Of a stretch of 64,000 nt of DNA, positions 59,106 through 64,000 are shown piece by piece. The stretch is from contig NIVC01000146.1 in assembly GCA_002269645.1 (NCBI GenBank), forward strand, positions 62,001-126,000, written 5' to 3'. Source of the stretch: Macrostomum lignano. Its lineage: Eukaryota. Numbering within the stretch: position 1 is the first letter of the stretch; every line of letters starts with the position of its first letter. A model generated the notes under the pieces. The model made no database searches. It had not been told where the DNA came from and worked only from the letters and a program-made list of their open reading frames with translations. The position numbers were made by a program, and so were the translations under genes.

Positions 59106-59754
59106 CCCCAATACCAATTTAGCAAAGCATTACTAATATTGATTTACAGGAGTATCGATCAGGCCGCAGCTGCCGAGTGGTTTGTACACACGCTTCTTTT
59201 ATAGAAACCCATTGCATGCTTTTAATGGCGCACCTTGATTTACTACTGCTAATGAGCAATATAATATATTCTGTACTGACTAAAATCAATGCTAGCACTT
59301 GCTTATCATCGTCTGTAGAATGTGCGTTTTTTATTCCACATTGCAACCGAGCTGACAAGATTTCCATCATTTTGGTGCTCTAAACAAATTCCCATGAACA
59401 ATTTGATTTTATATCATAGTTGGTGCTCTCCTATTTTGCTTGCCAAAAAAACTGACTGTTATTCAAGTAGCCTGTATGTTCAATAAATGATTGTGTACTA
59501 TTTTCATAATTGTTGACTATTCTGTTCCGGGAAATAATACAATGAATGAACATAATGTTGTGTTATTTTTATATGAAGTCTTTGCCACGACCTTAATTAG
59601 AGCATGGAGGTTTATCTCTGATTTTCTTTAGTTCACAGCCAGATTTATTTAGAATCTACTAACAGTAGGATGAGTAGGATCTGCAGTTTAGAATTGAGCT
59701 ACATATAGATAAGTTTTACACACATTCAAGGCAACAGCATCAGCAGACGGAATA

Positions 59755-60178
59755 GGGAGAAGGGAGGGGAGAGGAGCGAGGGAGAGGGGGAAAGGGAGAG
59801 AGGGGAAAGGGAGAGAGGAAAAGGGGGAAAGAGGGGAGGAGGGAGAGGGAAAAGGCAGAGAGGAAGATAGGAGAGAGGGGAAGGGAGAGGGAGAAGAGAG
59901 AAAGAGGGGAGGAGGGAGAGGGGAAAGGGAGAGAGGAAGATAGGAGAGAGGGGAAAAGGAGAGGGGAGAAGAGAGAAAGAGGGGAGGAGGGAGAGGGGAA
60001 AGGGAGAGAGGAAGATATGAGAGAGGGGAAGGGAGAGGGGAGAAGAGAGAAAGAGGGGAGGAGGGAGAGGGGAAAGGGAGAGAGGAAGATAGGAGAGAGG
60101 GGAAAGGGAGAGAGGAAGATAGGAGAGAGGGGAAAGGGAGAGAGGAAGATAGGAGAGAGGGGAGAAGAGAGAAAGGAG
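59755..60178. repeat. GA-rich low-complexity tract, related to the MOCS2B intron tract at 60955-61315
   Basis: Directly visible. Confidence 0.9.
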
Positions 60179-60499
60179 CCCAAGAGGGTAGCTCGGAATG
60201 CGGAGACATGAAGCCCAACTCAACCCAGTCCGATGAAAGATAGTCAAATGCCACAGGCATCTACATATATATACGAGCATATTTACGCGTTATAAAACGA
60301 GTTTTGCACGTATTCAAGGCAACAGGATGAGCACCATGGAATTGCTAGAAAACAGAACTGAAAAAATACACCAACCAGTCATTTAACTTGCTCATTTCTT
60401 ACATAATTTATACGTGAGCATTCAGCAATTCAATCCTCGCTAATTGAAGCCTAGAGTCCCAAGAAGTTAGAAATAATTTCGATACATATCGGTAGACAA

Positions 60500-61728
60500 T
60501 CAAGCGTGTCCGTTAGCCGGCCTGGCGCCGCCTGCAGAGGAGGCGGCCTCTCCGGGAGACGCCGGCTTGTCCGCGCCGGCGGAAGCGGCGGCAGTGCCGG
60601 CCCACTGGCACTCTGCGTTGACCTTCCACTGAGGCGGCTGGTCGCCCGCGTAAATCTCCTTTTTCCAGACCGGCACCGTGGCTTTGGCGGCGTTGATCGC
60701 GAACTCAACGGCTTTGATGGCCTCCGAGCGGTGCGGAGACGACACGGCTATGATGATGCTGGCCTCGCCAACGGGCACCAGGCTGCGGGATGGGAGCGCA
60801 TCCGATTTGCTAATTGCAAAGTATCTTGATTGGGTAAACAGAAAAGAGGAGAGTGAGCGTGAGTGAGCGAAGGCAGAAGGAGAGAAGGAGACACTGGATG
60901 GCCAAAAAATATTGAGAAACAATAAAATAAAATAAAAATGGAAACAGACAACGGGGCAAGAGAGGGGTAGGGAGAGAGGAGAGGTGGAGAAGGAAGAGGA
61001 GAGGAGGGTAGAGTGAGAATGGAGAAGGTTGGGGAAAGAAGGGAGGGGGAGAAGGGAAAGGAGAGAAGGGAGAGGGGGAAAGGAGAGGGGAGAAGGGAGG
61101 AAGAGGGCAGAAGAAAGAGGGGAGAAGGAAGGGGGAAAGGGAGAGGGGAGAAGGGAGGGGAGCTAGGGAGAAGGGAGGGGAGCTAGGGAGAAGGGAGAGG
61201 GTGAAAGGAGAGGGGAAAAGGGAGGGGAGAGGGAGAAGGGAGAGGGTGAAAGGAGGGGAGAGAAAGGAGGGGAGAGGGAGAAGGGAGAGGGGAGAAGGGA
61301 GGGGGGAGAAAGGAGCCGAAGTGTAGCTCTGAATACAGAACACCAAGCCCAGCTCACCCAGTCCGATGATAGATAGCCAAATGCCGCAGGCAGCTCCACC
61401 GCTGCCTGGCCTGCAGGCAGATGGCCAGCATCTCTTTACGCGCCATCTCCTCGTAGGCTTCGTATTCCAGTCGCACCACCTCCCGGCCTTCGAACGAGTC
61501 GCGAGTAGTGCCTGGTTTTTTTGTAAAAAATTGCACCCAATAAAGATTGACAAAACTCGTTTGCACTACTATTCAGCTGGATTGTGAGTAGGATAGTTGC
61601 AATATTTAGTAGCATTCATTTATCTACTCACCAACAAAGTGGCACACTGCGCCGCAGGTTGGGTCCACAACCAGCTGGTGAATTCGGTCCAGGCTTAGCG
61701 GCTCGGGCGTCACCTCGACAAAGTTCAT
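60500..61728 (-). CDS. MOCS2: Molybdopterin synthase catalytic (large) subunit, MoaE/MOCS2B; exons 61728-61632, 61511-61358, 60782-60500
   Basis: [33 protein letters not shown]|[23 protein letters not shown]...HLAIYHRTG|[44 protein letters not shown]...WKVNAEC matches MOCS2B motifs. GT-AG introns are phase 1 and phase 2. Confidence 0.95.
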
Positions 61729-61859
61729 TTTTATAAGTTGGTCTCTGGGTGGCTGCCAAGGCTGGAAAGTGACAGTTGGTATTCGAAATATAACCAGAAT
61801 ACTTGGTTTATATAAGCTGTAGGCATTTGCATGTAGCAGGCTGAGGTTTCGACCACATA

Positions 61860-62150
61860 TATAGAGAGGAGCAGATAGGTGGACTGGGGATTCGACCTTA
61901 GACAGCAGATAGACAGGCTGACTGGAGGTTGGGCCATAGACAGTGGTTAGATAGGCTGACTGGGGTTTCAGCCATAGACAGCAGATAGATAGGCTGACTG
62001 GAGGTTGGGCCATAGACAGAGGTTAGATAGGCTGACTGGAGTTTCAGCCATAGACAGCAGATAGATATATAGAACAAAGGTTTGGCCATAGACAGTGGTT
62101 AGATAGGCAGACTGGAGGTTCGGCCATAGACAGTGGATAGATAGACTGGG
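61860..62150. repeat. ~35-bp alternating minisatellite (GCCATAGACAG...TAGATAGGCTGACTGG)
   Basis: Directly visible. Confidence 0.9.
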
Positions 62151-62929
62151 GCTTTGGCTAAAAAAATGGATTTTTTGAATTCTATACTGAATGCCCATCA
62201 ATACAAACTTTGATTCGTGCTCATAGCTCTGGCAACCAGATAAATTAATTATCAAGCCTATCAAGATAAGAGAGCGAAAAAATAGCGGAGAATCTCTTGC
62301 TAGCACGGTTGGATATAATATACCTGTATATAAATGCTAACTACAAATACAATGAAGTTAACAGGCCATTGTAGCACAGGTCATAGAGATAAGGCCTCGG
62401 GTTAGGAATGGCTATGAAGGTTGCAGATCGATAAAATACCAAAAAACAACGGGTTAGCGCATCCATATATCGGAGAAGAGAAGTACGCATGTAATGGCTA
62501 ATAGTTGCCAGTAACCATTCCACCAACTGAGCTTAGAGACTGAGAAGATTAGACGAGCGGGCGGGGCTGCTTCGCTTGAGGAAGAAAGCTTTCTCTCTTA
62601 ATCTGCCGCCTTGGGAGCCACAGGGCGAGATTGGAGGTTGTGGGGGGGGGGAGCGAGCGAGGGGAAAGCAGGGAGGTGTCTTGGAGCACTTTCCCTATTC
62701 CAGGGACTGAAGGCCGGGACTGCACATGCATTGCTATCAAATATTTCTTCAGCCAGCATGCCCTATGCGGCTGCGCTTGCCTGTTTAGCCGGAGCAATTG
62801 GGATAGGGAAAATGTTTGCCGACAAATGCCCAAAGGTGGAAATCTCAGGTCTCATTCTATGAGACCCTTACATAATAGAATTCTGACCTTTATGCCAATT
62901 GTTCCTACGGTAAACTTAACCTTGAAAAT

Positions 62930-63140
62930 CTCTTTCTAGGAATATCTCTCCTCACGAGATCTCACGCTAAGAAAATCTCTCCTCACGAGATCTCACCCTA
63001 AGAATGTCTCCTGACGAGATCTCACCCTAAGAATATCTCTCCCCACTAGATTTTACCCTAACAATATCTCCCAACACGAGATCTCACTCTAAGAATATCT
63101 CTCCCCACGACATCTCAACCTAAGCATATCTCCCCCGAGA
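62930..63140. repeat. ~31-bp minisatellite (CTAAGAATATCTCTCCTCACGAGATCTCACC), about 6 copies
   Basis: Directly visible. Confidence 0.9.
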
Positions 63141-63395
63141 TAGGCTTTCGAGATGAAAACCTAAAGGATGCTGGGCATTTCCTGGAAAACAACGATTGGA
63201 TTAAAAAAGAAGCGACAAGAATCCGCGGAAATGATTTGGAAGGGTTTGCGGATCTGATCAAAAGACGGAGGTGTTGGAAAGTCGCTGTCGAGAAATGGGT
63301 GCACCAACTGTTATACTGGCTACGGACGTGATGATGATGATGATGATGATGATAATGATAATGTTGATGATGCTAATAATGATGATGATGATAAT
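63140..63395 (+). mobile_element. Possible 3' remnant of an RTE-type LINE ending in a (TGA/GAT)n tail
   Basis: Frame ...DWIKKEA...DLIKRRRCWKVAV...LRT* runs directly into (GAT)n. This resembles the W-x-x-x-V C-terminus plus short-repeat tail of RTE LINEs, but no RT core is present. Confidence 0.4.
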
Positions 63396-64000
63396 CTCAC
63401 CCGATAGACAATCTCACATTAATCTAACCTGATCTTGCCCATAAAATAAACAAGTATCGTCTGATACAAGGAGATGAGTCATACAGAATGAGTCATACAG
63501 ACAGTCATACTGTCTATGGCTCATCTCCTAGTATCAGGCGATTCTTTGTATGTAATCCACGGCATGTGCGACCTACCTAAATATAACGCCTTATCTCCGC
63601 TATCCATGTCTATCCATCTCGTTGGTTTGTCTATGGTAGCAGAGTTACGCTACTGATTATCACCGCTCATTTAACACTGGGGGAATAGACTAGGCGCACA
63701 GGCAAAGTGTATTACATGATAGAAATTCAGCGCAATAGAGAGCATAGCAGTGTTAATAAAAACAATAATACAAGCCGGCGGTAAAAATTTACTACTCGTA
63801 TATTTGATCGCATGAATAACGAATGCAAAGTGATTGCGAGTCAATTACCGCAACACGATGTGGAATACGCGCATAGCAACACCACACACACAATGAGAAG
63901 TGCATTTTCTGTGGTGCAAATATGCCCCAAAAATTGAATTAAAGACGCGCGCAACAAAACAGAGCGGATGTTGAATTATAATAATCACGAATACAATATT

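Noticed and set aside
1-64000. CRISPR-like appearance of the many short tandem arrays
   Set aside because: Units are head-to-tail with no unique spacers, there are no cas genes, and the context is intron-containing eukaryotic DNA.

Overview
This is eukaryotic (metazoan) genomic DNA: GC-rich exons sit among dozens of different minisatellites and (TGTC)n tracts, with a 258-N gap at 13563-13820. The overall style suggests the flatworm Macrostomum lignano or a relative; that assignment is inference, not a database result. Recognisable genes: YEATS4/GAS41 (minus, 10268-11299), tomosyn/STXBP5 (plus, at least 16 exons, 14330-39204, 5' exons missing), a VIP36/LMAN2-type L-lectin (plus, about 48203-51578), a FLYWCH zinc-finger protein (plus, 56862-58103) and molybdopterin synthase large subunit MOCS2B (minus, 60500-61728). 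There are also three orphan ORFs (5172-6086, 12473-13418, 43942-44355), a decayed Penelope-like RT, a small MITE and a foldback element with a telomere-like loop. Most long ORFs in the supplied track are translations of tandem repeats. Best leads: (1) YEATS4 has a splice acceptor exactly where its initiator ATG should be, which fits a flatworm spliced-leader AUG start and a possible two-gene operon; (2) in-frame cassette exons lie in the tomosyn hypervariable region, two of them sharing a W-x-x-[LI]-V-x-K-A motif; (3) the FLYWCH gene may be a domesticated MULE derivative; (4) five apparent 1-nt deletions cluster around the gap and would break automated annotation.
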